DNA of 64,000 nt. Origin: a candidate division WOR-3 bacterium (lineage in GTDB: Bacteria > Hydrothermota > Tepidihabitantia > B3-TA06). The stretch lies in contig CBFGKC010000010.1 in the NCBI GenBank assembly GCA_965649265.1, positions 50,545 to 114,544 of the forward strand. Reading direction: 5' to 3'. Below, piece after piece: positions 49,015 through 58,688 of the stretch. The position numbers were made by a program, and so were the translations under genes. The notes under the pieces are model-generated. The model was not told the origin of the DNA and did not search any database. It was given only the letters and a program-made list of their open reading frames with translations. Position 1 is the first letter of the stretch, and every line of letters begins with the position of its first letter.

Positions 49015-50125
49015 AGGTGTTGTCGGCGGCCCGGCAGCTCAAGTTAAGGTCCTTTTAGTCGAGGACAACGAATATGACGAAACCGCATTCAGACGGATGG
49101 TCAAGCAAAGGGACCTGAACTACACTATCGTATCGGCAGCAACCGGTTCGGAAGGCCTATCCGCACTGGAGCAGGACAAGTTCGATATAATTCTCCTGGA
49201 TTTCCTGCTCATCGATATGGACGGCCTCGAATTTCTCAAGGAGATAAGAAACAAAGGAATAGATACACCTGTTGTCTTCCTGACCGGGCAGGGTTCGGAG
49301 AAAGTGGCCGTTGCGGCGATGAAACTCGGGGCATACGACTATCTTACAAAGATGTCGGACATGAGCCATCTTGCTCAACTGCCAGCCACCGTCACTCAAG
49401 CCATTGATCAGTACAGGCTTCGCAAGGAACGCGAGCAAATTGAGCAGATGCGTTCCGACTTTATTGCCATGCTGACACACGATTTGAAGAATCCCCTTTC
49501 CACTATCATTTCCGCGGCCGAATTCCTCAGTCAATCCGAGGGTCTCATTGAACGCCAGATGCGTATGGTTACTTTGATCGAGGGAGCCTCAAAAGACATG
49601 CTCGGACTCGTAGAAAACTTTCTTTTGGTCTCGAAGATAGAGGCCGGCAAGCTTGAACAAACGTATGAACCCATTAACATAAACGAGGTTCTTCTGCGTG
49701 TGTTCAACATGAACAAGCTGCATACCGAAAACAAAGGCCTGCGTTTCGAAATCGATCTTGCCCCCAACATGCCGCTGCTCGACTGCAACGCCACCCAGAT
49801 GTTCAGGGTTTTCACTAACCTTGTCGGAAACGCTGTCAAGTTCACATCCAGCGGACACGAAATCAGAATTATGAGCGAAGCCGATGAGCGCGAAATTCGG
49901 GTAAAGGTTAAGGATGAAGGATCTGGAATTTCGGCAGATATTCTTCCCTTTGTGTTCGATAAATACAAGCGAAGCGTAACCGATGATAATCCGAAAGGGA
50001 TAGGCCTCGGGTTGTACATAGTAAAAATGATTGTTGAATCCCTTGACGGTACCGTCAGCGTACAGAGCGAGGTCGGTAAAGGAACAACCTTTACGGTGAC
50101 ACTGCCCTTGACACCTGTTCATTAA
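49001..50125 (+). CDS. Hybrid receiver-histidine kinase
   Basis: VLLVEDN / LLDFLL receiver; THDLKNPL, NLVGNAVKF, DEGSGI, GIGLGL. Confidence 0.9.
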   Translation: MNSPKGVVGGPAAQVKVLLVEDNEYDETAFRRMVKQRDLNYTIVSAATGSEGLSALEQDKFDIILLDFLLIDMDGLEFLKEIRNKGIDTPVVFLTGQGSEKVAVAAMKLGAYDYLTKMSDMSHLAQLPATVTQAIDQYRLRKEREQIEQMRSDFIAMLTHDLKNPLSTIISAAEFLSQSEGLIERQMRMVTLIEGASKDMLGLVENFLLVSKIEAGKLEQTYEPININEVLLRVFNMNKLHTENKGLRFEIDLAPNMPLLDCNATQMFRVFTNLVGNAVKFTSSGHEIRIMSEADEREIRVKVKDEGSGISADILPFVFDKYKRSVTDDNPKGIGLGLYIVKMIVESLDGTVSVQSEVGKGTTFTVTLPLTPVH

Positions 50126-50182
50126 CGTAAAGGATAGGGACTGTAAGCGAAAGTTAGTGGTTTTTTAAGGAAGGGTTCCGGA

Positions 50183-51070
50183 CTAATATTTCAACAGAAG
50201 AAGACCTACACCCAGAAGAGCTACAAGGGTGCCTGCGACGGCAACCAGGGTTATACGTTCCTTGTAGATGATTTTCGACACCGGTAAAAGAACTACGGGT
50301 GATATTGATATAAGTGTCGCTCCCACACCTACCCTTGTATTATTGACAGCATAAAGAGCAAGAAGGGTACCGACGATCAATCCAATCGTCGTTCCAAGGA
50401 AAACGTAGAGCATCGCGAAGCGATTTTTCACGGACTTTATGACTTTACCGGTTTCCTTAAGGACCGGCACGAGGGCGACGGTGACTAGCGATGCGGCAAG
50501 TACCCTGATCATGGTTGCATCAAGGATATTAGTCCCGTAACTCATGCCTACCTTTGCAAGTACAAAACCCGCCCCCTGCCCCAGAGCCGCGATCACTGAC
50601 ATCAGCACTCCCAGGACTACGGCGCGCCTTTCAAGATGGCCGGTGTCCTTGCGATTCAAAACAACAAGACAAATACCTGCTACCACAAGCGTTATCCCGA
50701 CAAGAGAGAAAATGTTTAGGGTCTCATGAAGCATTATCCACGCAAGAAGCGCCGAAATGACAGGGCTCAAAGTCATGACAAGCATGACTATCCTCGGCCC
50801 TATCTTCGCAAGCGCCGCAAAAAGAAACCAGTCGCCTATCGCGAGCGCGGCTATTCCTGATGCTGAAAGCCATAGAGCGGATCCTGGATTGAAATTGAAC
50901 CTCCCCCCCGAGATAAGATGAATAGCTACAAGGATTGCTGATGCAAGAAGGAGTCTTACGACGCTTGCAGGCAATGCTCCAATCCGCTTTGATGCTTCCG
51001 CGAAAAAGACCGCGTTGGCGCCCCACAGAAAGGCCGTTCCGAGCGCAGCTATCTCCCCCAAAAAAGGCAT
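50183..51070 (-). CDS. DMT/EamA family transporter
   Basis: ~10 TM helices in two repeats; LSPV...LHE and ISPV...YKER. Confidence 0.88.
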   Translation of the reverse strand: MPFLGEIAALGTAFLWGANAVFFAEASKRIGALPASVVRLLLASAILVAIHLISGGRFNFNPGSALWLSASGIAALAIGDWFLFAALAKIGPRIVMLVMTLSPVISALLAWIMLHETLNIFSLVGITLVVAGICLVVLNRKDTGHLERRAVVLGVLMSVIAALGQGAGFVLAKVGMSYGTNILDATMIRVLAASLVTVALVPVLKETGKVIKSVKNRFAMLYVFLGTTIGLIVGTLLALYAVNNTRVGVGATLISISPVVLLPVSKIIYKERITLVAVAGTLVALLGVGLLLLKY

Positions 51071-51089
51071 GGGATTTATATTTTCTACT

Positions 51090-52484
51090 TCAGGGTTTTC
51101 CCCTGAACAACACCGGTACTTCCTTGCGTTCCGGGGCTTCGGCTGAGTCGTAATATACGACCTTGACTACCGAACGAATCCTGTCGAGACCGTAGAAAAG
51201 CTCAAGCGGATCACCCGGAGCAAGGTCCTTTATGGATTCCCAGAAACCGTCGAATGACTTGATATCGTGGTAAATTCCTCGAACTGCAACCGCCCTTATG
51301 GGGCCGGTGTAAGCCGACCACGAAGCGGCCGAGCTTTGCTCCTCTACGTCGGCAATGTATACCGCCGCTGAATCCATGTCGTACCAGTATTGGAGAAACC
51401 GGCTCATTGGCTGGACTGTCATTCCCGCGATTTTAATGTATTCTCTGGGTCGGTCCGCTGCACGGTCTACCGCAAGGATTGTAAAGTCTATTTTCTTGCC
51501 GAAGCGCGATACCGTCAGCGTGCATACCTTGTCCGCGAGTGCTTTCATGGTGACCGCGTAATCGGCCTCATCGATAGGCGTTTTTCCATTTATCGCGAAA
51601 ACAATGTCACCGGGCATAACTCCGGCCCTATCCCCCACGTTGGATGGTGCGACTGCCCTAACAAGGAGAACCTTACGAACCTTAGTTGCAAAGTCGGTTT
51701 TGAAGCTTTCAGACGCGCGGGCAGTTGTAATCTCGTCGACGTCGAACCCAAGCCAGCCAACACGTCCACCGTAAGGAAGCCTTCCTTCGATGAAATCTTT
51801 GATGATCGGCTTAAGTTGATTGATTGAAAGACTCCATCCTATCCCTTGCCCCGAGGTCGCTGCGTTTATAGCGACTACCGACCCGTCTTTCATAAGTATT
51901 AGCGGACCTCCGGAGTTCCCGGGATTGATAGGTGCGTCCGTCTGCACGAACTTGCCTGTCCCGGCATCCGGAGTGTTCGTCGTAGAACTGACTATGCCTT
52001 CAGTACCTGAAAATTCAATACCTCCCGGGTTTCCAAAAGTGCCGACCCTGTCCCCAATATTGAGCCTTTCGGAATCACCAAGCCTCGCTACTTTTACGTT
52101 AGAAGGAACGCCAGGTTCGTTAAGGTTGAAACGTATCATCCCGAAATCGAATACAGGATCAACGTAAACGGGTTCGGCTTCTATACGCTCCCCGTCCTTG
52201 AAGCTTATCTGGACGTTGCAGATGCCTTCACCTATGACGTGCTCGCACGTCGCCGCGTAAGCGAATCCCGAATCGCGATCAATGTAAACGATGAACCCTG
52301 AGCCTTGAGAAGAGCCACGCTGCGCGCTTTCGAGCGCAACTGTTGTTGTTACGTATATTCGCACCGAATACGACTCCGCCTCGGAAAAGACCTCCGCGGA
52401 AGACAAACCAAAAAGAGGTGTTGTGGACAAAAATGCCGCAACAATAGCAACCAATTTTTTTTGGGAGGGAAAACAATTCGTCAT
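51090..52484 (-). CDS. HtrA/S1C serine protease with PDZ domain
   Basis: GSGF, CEHV, QTDAPINPGNSGGP, GDIVFAING; start ATG 52484 after AAGGAG. Confidence 0.9.
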   Translation of the reverse strand: MTNCFPSQKKLVAIVAAFLSTTPLFGLSSAEVFSEAESYSVRIYVTTTVALESAQRGSSQGSGFIVYIDRDSGFAYAATCEHVIGEGICNVQISFKDGERIEAEPVYVDPVFDFGMIRFNLNEPGVPSNVKVARLGDSERLNIGDRVGTFGNPGGIEFSGTEGIVSSTTNTPDAGTGKFVQTDAPINPGNSGGPLILMKDGSVVAINAATSGQGIGWSLSINQLKPIIKDFIEGRLPYGGRVGWLGFDVDEITTARASESFKTDFATKVRKVLLVRAVAPSNVGDRAGVMPGDIVFAINGKTPIDEADYAVTMKALADKVCTLTVSRFGKKIDFTILAVDRAADRPREYIKIAGMTVQPMSRFLQYWYDMDSAAVYIADVEEQSSAASWSAYTGPIRAVAVRGIYHDIKSFDGFWESIKDLAPGDPLELFYGLDRIRSVVKVVYYDSAEAPERKEVPVLFRGKP

Positions 52485-52516
52485 GTATCTCCTTTCATGG
52501 AGCGTATAACTAAAAA

Positions 52517-52589
52517 TGGGTCGTGCAGGATTCGAACCTGCGGCCACCGGATTAAAAATCAGGTGCTCTGCCAACTGAGCTAACGACCC
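52517..52589 (-). tRNA. tRNA-Lys(UUU) with one anticodon-stem mismatch; probable integration site
   Basis: GGGTCGT TA GCTC AGTTGGCA GAGC A CCTGA TTTTTAA TCCGG TGGCC GCAGG TTCGAAT CCTGC ACGACCC A; no encoded CCA. Confidence 0.85.
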
Positions 52590-52590
52590 G

Positions 52591-53781
52591 TCATGTAACT
52601 GCGTCACTTGTAAGATTGTCGAGAGAGTCTATTTCACTCTGCACCATTTTTGCACCAATTTTCTCAATAGCATCCTTGAGCGTCACGTCCGATATATGCG
52701 TGTACCTGTCGGCCATAGCGAGTGTCTTATGACCCATAAGGGCCTTTATCGTAAAGGCATTGAAGCCGCTTGAGCCAAGATAAGAGCCGAATGTATGCCT
52801 GAGGTCGTGAAAGTGGAAGTCCTTTATTCCTGCCCTGAAGCAGGCTCCTTCAAAGGCTCTTCGCCAGTTGCCGTATGCTGTACCATCGGGTTTTGAGAAT
52901 ACGTAATGCGAATGAGGTCTATCGTTATACAAGCCACTGAGTAGCCTTGCGAGTTCCCTTGCCATAGGGATAAATCTTGCCTCGTTATTCTTTGTCTCTC
53001 TTACCGCGATTATCGCTTTCTCAAAGTCCACGTTATCCCAGGTCAATTTTTGCAGCTCGCTTTTTCTCATTCCGGTATTCAGGGCAGTGAACACGACCGC
53101 GTAGAGCAAGGGATTATCGCTTAGTCTGCATTCGGCAAGCAGCCGTTCACGTTCGCTGTCGTTAAGCCACTTCATACGGCCAGAAGGCTCCTTGAATGAC
53201 TTCACCTTGCTTGCGGGGTTCGTCTCAATGAATCCCCATTCGAGAGCCTTGGAGAGCATATTCTTTAAGAGTGATAGTTCGCGGTTGACCGATGCGGGCT
53301 TTACCTGCTTAACACGGCCCTGCTTGTAACGCTCGACCACGAGGGGTGTGATCTCTCTTAGTTGAAGCTTTCCGAACGCTTTAGTGAGAATCCCCATTGT
53401 ATAGCGTTCTCTCTCAATCGTCGAAGCTGATTTATTATTCTTTGCGTATGGGGTGTATTCCTTCTCAAGCTCTGCGAACGTGTCTATCTGCTTTACTCCG
53501 GTCTTGTCTTGAGCGGTGCTTTTCTCAACAATCTTGCCAAGTTTTAAAAGAGCACGGGTTTTATCGATCTCTCCTGTGGAGACCATGTACCTTTTCCCGT
53601 TTAGCGTGAACCTTGCATACCAGCGTCCGTTTGAACGCTGAAATAACGTCACGTCAAGCGGTATTTTATCCCTATTGAGAGAGAAGTCAATTCTAAAGCG
53701 TCTGGGCCGTGCTCTTCTAACAGACTTGAGGACAGCTGAATCATCTGCCGTTTTGTTTAATCCGTCAGCTATCCTCACCAC
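52591..53781 (-). CDS. Tyrosine recombinase / phage-type integrase
   Basis: TGMRKSEL, TKN, FHDLRHTF, LMGHKT...RYTH; N-terminal arm-binding-like GRWYARF; stop abuts tRNA. Confidence 0.93.
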   Translation of the reverse strand: MVRIADGLNKTADDSAVLKSVRRARPRRFRIDFSLNRDKIPLDVTLFQRSNGRWYARFTLNGKRYMVSTGEIDKTRALLKLGKIVEKSTAQDKTGVKQIDTFAELEKEYTPYAKNNKSASTIERERYTMGILTKAFGKLQLREITPLVVERYKQGRVKQVKPASVNRELSLLKNMLSKALEWGFIETNPASKVKSFKEPSGRMKWLNDSERERLLAECRLSDNPLLYAVVFTALNTGMRKSELQKLTWDNVDFEKAIIAVRETKNNEARFIPMARELARLLSGLYNDRPHSHYVFSKPDGTAYGNWRRAFEGACFRAGIKDFHFHDLRHTFGSYLGSSGFNAFTIKALMGHKTLAMADRYTHISDVTLKDAIEKIGAKMVQSEIDSLDNLTSDAVT

Positions 53782-53786
53782 AAACC

Positions 53787-54284
53787 TCAGTCTCTTGCCT
53801 TGGGGCCGTATGGGGCGTACAACTCCGGCCCGTGTTCCCAGGTTGTTTTCTTCAGGACGTAATCCGTAACCTCACGAATCGAGTTTATAGGCTCGACGTT
53901 GACGCCTATCCTTGACGCCCTGGAACCCGCCAGCTTGCCCCACAATCGGCTTATTCGTGAAGAATCGACCTGTGGATGCCTTTCAATGAGGTAATGCAAA
54001 TGGTGGGCAGCCCTCCTCCCTCCCCTTCCCGTCCCTTCAACAGCGAAGATGCTTACAAGCCCCTTGTTTCGTCTCCGGTAATACCTTCCGTATACGCTCT
54101 CGTTCAGGAGCCGCCCAAATCTTTTCCCTTGTTTTAATGCTTGTGTTCTTGTGACCGGATTGGAGAACGTGAGCGTTGCGAAGCTGCCCATACGTTCCGC
54201 ATACTTCTCAACGAACCACTCTCCCCATTCCTTCGCGGGTGTCCTTTCACTTACCCGCAACGCGACCTCATACCGTAACTGCAT
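53787..54284 (-). CDS. Minimal HUH-superfamily rolling-circle replication initiator/relaxase
   Basis: Motif 1 FATLTF, motif 2 HHLHYLI, motif 3 YVLK; GGAGG SD. Confidence 0.72.
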   Translation of the reverse strand: MQLRYEVALRVSERTPAKEWGEWFVEKYAERMGSFATLTFSNPVTRTQALKQGKRFGRLLNESVYGRYYRRRNKGLVSIFAVEGTGRGGRRAAHHLHYLIERHPQVDSSRISRLWGKLAGSRASRIGVNVEPINSIREVTDYVLKKTTWEHGPELYAPYGPKARD

Positions 54285-54616
54285 AGATCAACCTCCAAGT
54301 TCAAGGATTAACAAGATCGCCAACAATCCCTACTCTTTTAGTAGTAAGCCTGAGTAGAGCTTATCGCCAAGGCTCTAAGCCCTGAATTTACCCTTCCTGG
54401 GGAATTGTCTCACCAGGAAGGTGATCTCGTTTCGCTCTTGGTGCGTGGGATTAATCCCTTTCAGTTCGGTACAATACCCCGATAAGAATATTATCCACCG
54501 AAATCAAATCTTGTCAAATTTTTTTTGGCTCAATTGAGCTTGTAACATCCTGACAAAAAGTTACATGCTCAAAACTAGCAAACCATTGTAAATATTAGGT
54601 GAATACCATTTTTCAG

Positions 54617-55119
54617 GCCATAACAAAATATCCGCAAGCCTCAAAAATGATGAAGCAATTTACATCAAAACTGCAATTTGACCGACTGTGATTACCACCT
54701 ACAACCTTTAGCAATGTCTATTTCAAGATGTAATAGAAAGTCCATACACAACCAAAAAGGTTACATGGCTAAGAGCTGAAAACCAGCATAAACATTAACT
54801 TAATATCCGGTTTTGTGTAAAACAAAACGTCAGCAAAGCCCCAAAAACACCGAAGCAAATTACATAATAATTGCAGTATGGCTTTACCTGTCTACTGCAA
54901 AAATCCTTGACGAGCTTATACGTGTATCTATCCCCAGACCATAACGAATTAGCCGTAAGCCCTAAAACCGATGAAGCGATTTACATCAAAAGTGCAGTAT
55001 AACCTTACAGGGGACGCCTGGTAGAAACGGCCACCTTCCTTCACGAATGCCCTCTTCGAGCCATAACAAAATAGCCGTATGCCCCAAAAAAGTTACATCA
55101 AATTACATAATAATTACAT
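54617..55119 (+). repeat. Four degenerate ~59-bp direct repeats (54617, 54817, 54938, 55060)
   Basis: Consensus gCCATAACAAAATAgCCGyAAGCCycAAAAA..aTGAAGCAAtTTACATcAaAAnTGCA; periods 200, 121, 122 bp. Confidence 0.8.
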
Positions 55120-55151
55120 ACCCCCTACCCTCTTGATGCGGCTCTCCTTGG

Positions 55152-55180
55152 TTGACAAGCACTTGGTGTGGGGATATAGT
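55152..55180 (+). promoter_or_regulatory. Sigma70-like promoter of the R-M gene
   Basis: TTGACA-N17-TATAGT, followed by GGAGG SD before ATG 55209. Confidence 0.65.
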
Positions 55181-55208
55181 TTGTCATGCTTTACGGAGGA
55201 GTTGAGTA

Positions 55209-58200
55209 ATGCCTGACCAAGAAACCCAGCGCGAAACCCAGATCAAGGAGTGGGCAAAAAGGCTCCAGGTAAAGATTGACGGGGTTTTGCCAAAGAAGCC
55301 AAACGAGGCCGAGTTCCGCAAGGTCGTTGACCGCGAACTCGACGACTTTTGCGCTGAGATAGGTTCCCCCGTTACACATGCCGAGTACACCCTTGCGACC
55401 GGCAAGGCCGATGCAACCTTTAACCGTTTGATTGTCGAATACGAGTCCCCTGGCAGGCTAAAAAGAAGCTGGGATAAGGCAACCGCACACGCAGTCCAGC
55501 AGGTCAAGGACTACATGGAAGGCGTGGCCCAGAAGGAGGGCAGGGAGCTTGAGCGTCTGGCAGGTGTGGCTTTTGACGGTTACTACATCATATTCGTAAG
55601 ACAGATAAACGGCAAGTGGGCAATGGAACCTCCTATGGAGTGTAACCAGCATACGCTTGAAAGGCTTTTCCTTTGGCTCTCCGGCTTGACTTCAGGTATA
55701 GCGCTTACCGCTGAAAACCTCAATAAAGATTTCTCGCTTGAGCAGGAACGAACAAAGACCATACTGGACGCCCTTTACACGGCTCTTCAGGACGCGCTCT
55801 CAAAGTCCGGCGCAGACGGCATGGTATCAAAGCTTTTCGCTCAGTGGAAGCTCTTCTTCTCGGAGTCAATCGAATACTCCGAGGCGTTCGGAGGCCGTAA
55901 GCTTGACCCATTGAAAAAGTGGGCAGCCAAGGCCGGAATCGAGATTACATCTGCCCAGGACGCTGAGCATTTCTTTTTCGCCCTTCACACCTACTTCGCG
56001 CTTCTCGTCAAATTCCTTGCCTGGCTTGCGCTTTCGAAGCACTTCGCAGTAAAACTTGGCAAGCCTTCATTTAGCATACTCTCAACCCTTGAAGGCGAGG
56101 CGCTTAAGGCCGAACTCAAGAAGATGGAGGAGGGAGGCATATTTCACGCATACGGCATAATGAACCTTCTTGAGGGCGACTTTTTCGAGTGGTATCTTTA
56201 CGCGTGGAATGACAAGATCGAGGACGCGGCGCGTGAACTCTTAAAGCGGCTTGACCAGTACGATCCCACAACGTTGAGCGAAATACCTGAGGAGACCCGC
56301 GACCTTTTCAAGAAGCTTTACCACTACTTGCTGCCCCGTGCCGTCCGTCACAACCTTGGTGAATACTACACGCCCGACTGGCTCGCTCAAAGGCTTCTCA
56401 ACCAGGTTGATAACACGTTCTTTAATGCTGAAGCCCAGGACACGAACGCCGAGCTTCGGCGCAAGCTTTTGGAGACTCGCTGGCTTGACCCTGCCTGCGG
56501 TTCAGGAACCTTCCTCGTTTTGATTATTTCAAGGATAGTTGCGGCAGGCAAACGTATGATGATAAACGAGACCGAACTGCTTGAGGGGATTCTTTCAAAC
56601 GTGCAGGGCATTGACCTTAATCCTCTTGCCGTCTTGACCGCAAGGGTCAACTACCTTTTAGCGCTTGGCGATATGGTCGAGAACCGGAAAGACGTTATAA
56701 ATCTCCCCGTTTATCTTGCCGATTCCGTGCGCGGCCCGGAGCTTGGCAAGGATTTGGAAACCGCCGCAACTTACAAGTTCCCTACTGCAATAGGCCCTTT
56801 ATACGTGCCGATCATCCTGTGCAATCCTGAGCATTTTGACCGCTTTTGCGATATCCTTGAGGAAAGCGTGGATGCTGAGGTAATGACTCCCAGCTTTATG
56901 AAACGGGTGGAGAAGGAGTTGGATATTACGCCCTCGGATTGGGACACAAGGGCAGTGTTAAAGCTCAGAGAGCTTTACGAGCAACTGCTTGTGTTCCATA
57001 AAGCGGGTATGAACGGCCTGTGGGCAAGGCTTCTCAAGAACAACTTTGCGCCAATGGCAATGGGGCAGTTTGACAACGTTGTGGGTAACCCTCCCTGGGT
57101 CAACTGGGAGAGCCTGCCCGATGAATACCGCAAGTCAATAAAGCCGATCTGGGAGCGCTACGGTCTTTTTCCGCATGGAGGCATGGATACGATTCTCGGT
57201 AAGGGCAAGAAGGACATCTCAATGCTTATGACTTATGTAGTAATTGACAAGCTTCTCAAGCAAGACGGCAAACTTGGGTTTGTCATAACGCAGTCCGTCC
57301 TAAAGACCTCAGGCGCTGCCCAGGGTTTCAGGAGGTTCAGCATCCCTGAGGGTAAAAACGAAATTCCGCTCAGGGTTGTTTACGTTGATGATATGGTCAA
57401 TCTCAATCCCTTTGAAGGAGCAACCAATAGAACCGCCGTGGTTGTGATCCAAAAAGGTAAGCGAACGAGTTACCCCGTATCCTACACCCTGTGGCGAAAG
57501 ATTCGCGGCCAACGCTTTAGCTATGACAATACACTTGAGGAAGTCCAGAAGGCTACAAAACGTCTTGAACTCTACGCCGAGCCGGTATCTGATGAGGACT
57601 GCACCTCGGCATGGCTCACTGCCCGCAAAACTGCACTCAAGGCTGTGAGGAAGATATTGGGGAAATCCGACTATAGGGGCTATGAGGGAGTTAACACAGG
57701 TGGAGCTAATGGGGTCTATTGGGTTGACGTAGTTGACACACGACCCGATGGATTGCTGGTTGTAAAGAACATTACCGAGGGTGTAAAAACAAAAGTCAAA
57801 GAAGTTACGGAAGCAGTCGAGCCTGATTTGCTTTACCCGCTTCTTAGGGGCAGGGATATTAAACGTTGGAAATCAGAACCCTCGGCACATATCCTTATGG
57901 TGCAAGACCCAGTAAAGAGGAGAGGTATCGATGAAGAGAAGATGCAGAATGATTTTCCCAAAACCCACGCTTACCTCAAAAAGTTTGAGAAGGTTCTAAA
58001 GGCGCGTAGTTCAAGGGGAATCTCCGATATGATTAAAAAAGGCGCCCCTTTTTATACGATGTTTGCTGTCGGCAATTATACCTTTGCGCCCTGGAAAGTT
58101 GTTTGGAGGGAGGTTTCACACACCTTGGATGCCGCAGTCGCAGAGGTGCATAATGACAAGTCTACCTTACCGGATCACACCTTAATTATGGTGGACTGCC

Positions 58201-58550
58201 AGACTAAACAAGAAACCCACTACCTTTGCGCTTGTCTCAATTCTTCACCCTCAAGAATGGCAGTGCAAGCTTACATTGTCCTTCACCCTGACCCGCACAT
58301 CCTTGAAAATATCCGCATACCAAAATTTGACCCGAAGGATAAAACCCACAGGCACTTAGCCGAGCTTAGTGAGGAAGCTCACAAGGCCGCGTCCAAGGAC
58401 GATCAAAAGGTCTTATCAAAGATTGAAGCCGATATTGACACCGAGGCCGCAACGCTCTGGGGTCTTGACGATAAGGAGCTTGCCGAAATAAAAAAAGCCC
58501 TTAAGGAACTGGGCAGCAGCCAGGAACCGGAAGAGGAAGAAGAGAATTAA
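55209..58550 (+). CDS. Fused restriction-modification enzyme (type IIG/Eco57I-like, N6-adenine methyltransferase)
   Basis: GEYYTPDWLA, LDPACGSG, GIDLNPLA, VVGNPPW; N-terminal nuclease-like AD...IVEYE...Q..DY; C-terminal TRD-like region. Confidence 0.88.
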   Translation: MPDQETQRETQIKEWAKRLQVKIDGVLPKKPNEAEFRKVVDRELDDFCAEIGSPVTHAEYTLATGKADATFNRLIVEYESPGRLKRSWDKATAHAVQQVKDYMEGVAQKEGRELERLAGVAFDGYYIIFVRQINGKWAMEPPMECNQHTLERLFLWLSGLTSGIALTAENLNKDFSLEQERTKTILDALYTALQDALSKSGADGMVSKLFAQWKLFFSESIEYSEAFGGRKLDPLKKWAAKAGIEITSAQDAEHFFFALHTYFALLVKFLAWLALSKHFAVKLGKPSFSILSTLEGEALKAELKKMEEGGIFHAYGIMNLLEGDFFEWYLYAWNDKIEDAARELLKRLDQYDPTTLSEIPEETRDLFKKLYHYLLPRAVRHNLGEYYTPDWLAQRLLNQVDNTFFNAEAQDTNAELRRKLLETRWLDPACGSGTFLVLIISRIVAAGKRMMINETELLEGILSNVQGIDLNPLAVLTARVNYLLALGDMVENRKDVINLPVYLADSVRGPELGKDLETAATYKFPTAIGPLYVPIILCNPEHFDRFCDILEESVDAEVMTPSFMKRVEKELDITPSDWDTRAVLKLRELYEQLLVFHKAGMNGLWARLLKNNFAPMAMGQFDNVVGNPPWVNWESLPDEYRKSIKPIWERYGLFPHGGMDTILGKGKKDISMLMTYVVIDKLLKQDGKLGFVITQSVLKTSGAAQGFRRFSIPEGKNEIPLRVVYVDDMVNLNPFEGATNRTAVVVIQKGKRTSYPVSYTLWRKIRGQRFSYDNTLEEVQKATKRLELYAEPVSDEDCTSAWLTARKTALKAVRKILGKSDYRGYEGVNTGGANGVYWVDVVDTRPDGLLVVKNITEGVKTKVKEVTEAVEPDLLYPLLRGRDIKRWKSEPSAHILMVQDPVKRRGIDEEKMQNDFPKTHAYLKKFEKVLKARSSRGISDMIKKGAPFYTMFAVGNYTFAPWKVVWREVSHTLDAAVAEVHNDKSTLPDHTLIMVDCQTKQETHYLCACLNSSPSRMAVQAYIVLHPDPHILENIRIPKFDPKDKTHRHLAELSEEAHKAASKDDQKVLSKIEADIDTEAATLWGLDDKELAEIKKALKELGSSQEPEEEEEN

Positions 58551-58642
58551 CCTGTCCTGATTTGCATCAATTCCTGGGCATTCACCACATCCCTTGGAAA
58601 TTGTCTTAAGTGCTAAGAGTAAACAGTTCGCGCTTAAAAGAT

Positions 58643-58666
58643 AAGGGCGGTTTGGGGCCGCCCTTT
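58643..58666. terminator. Hairpin terminator between convergent genes
   Basis: AAGGGCGG-TTTGGGG-CCGCCCTTT. Confidence 0.6.
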
Positions 58667-58688
58667 GATGGAATGGGAGGGAATTTTA

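Larger units (their letters stand above)
52517..58666. mobile_element. tRNA-Lys-associated integrative element (integrase, HUH Rep, repeat array, R-M cargo); right boundary not established
   Basis: Integrase abutting a tRNA, Rep gene 5 bp upstream of it, divergent R-M gene; no second att copy seen in the window. Confidence 0.6.

Noticed and set aside
52485-52607. N-terminal extension of the HtrA ORF in the ORF track
   Set aside because: It is the translated tRNA (GSLAQLAEHL...GSNPARP); a start with SD and signal peptide exists at 52484
54617-55119. CRISPR array
   Set aside because: Repeats are long, degenerate and non-palindromic, spacers are unequal (~140, 62, 63 bp) and no cas genes are present; kept as an unexplained array
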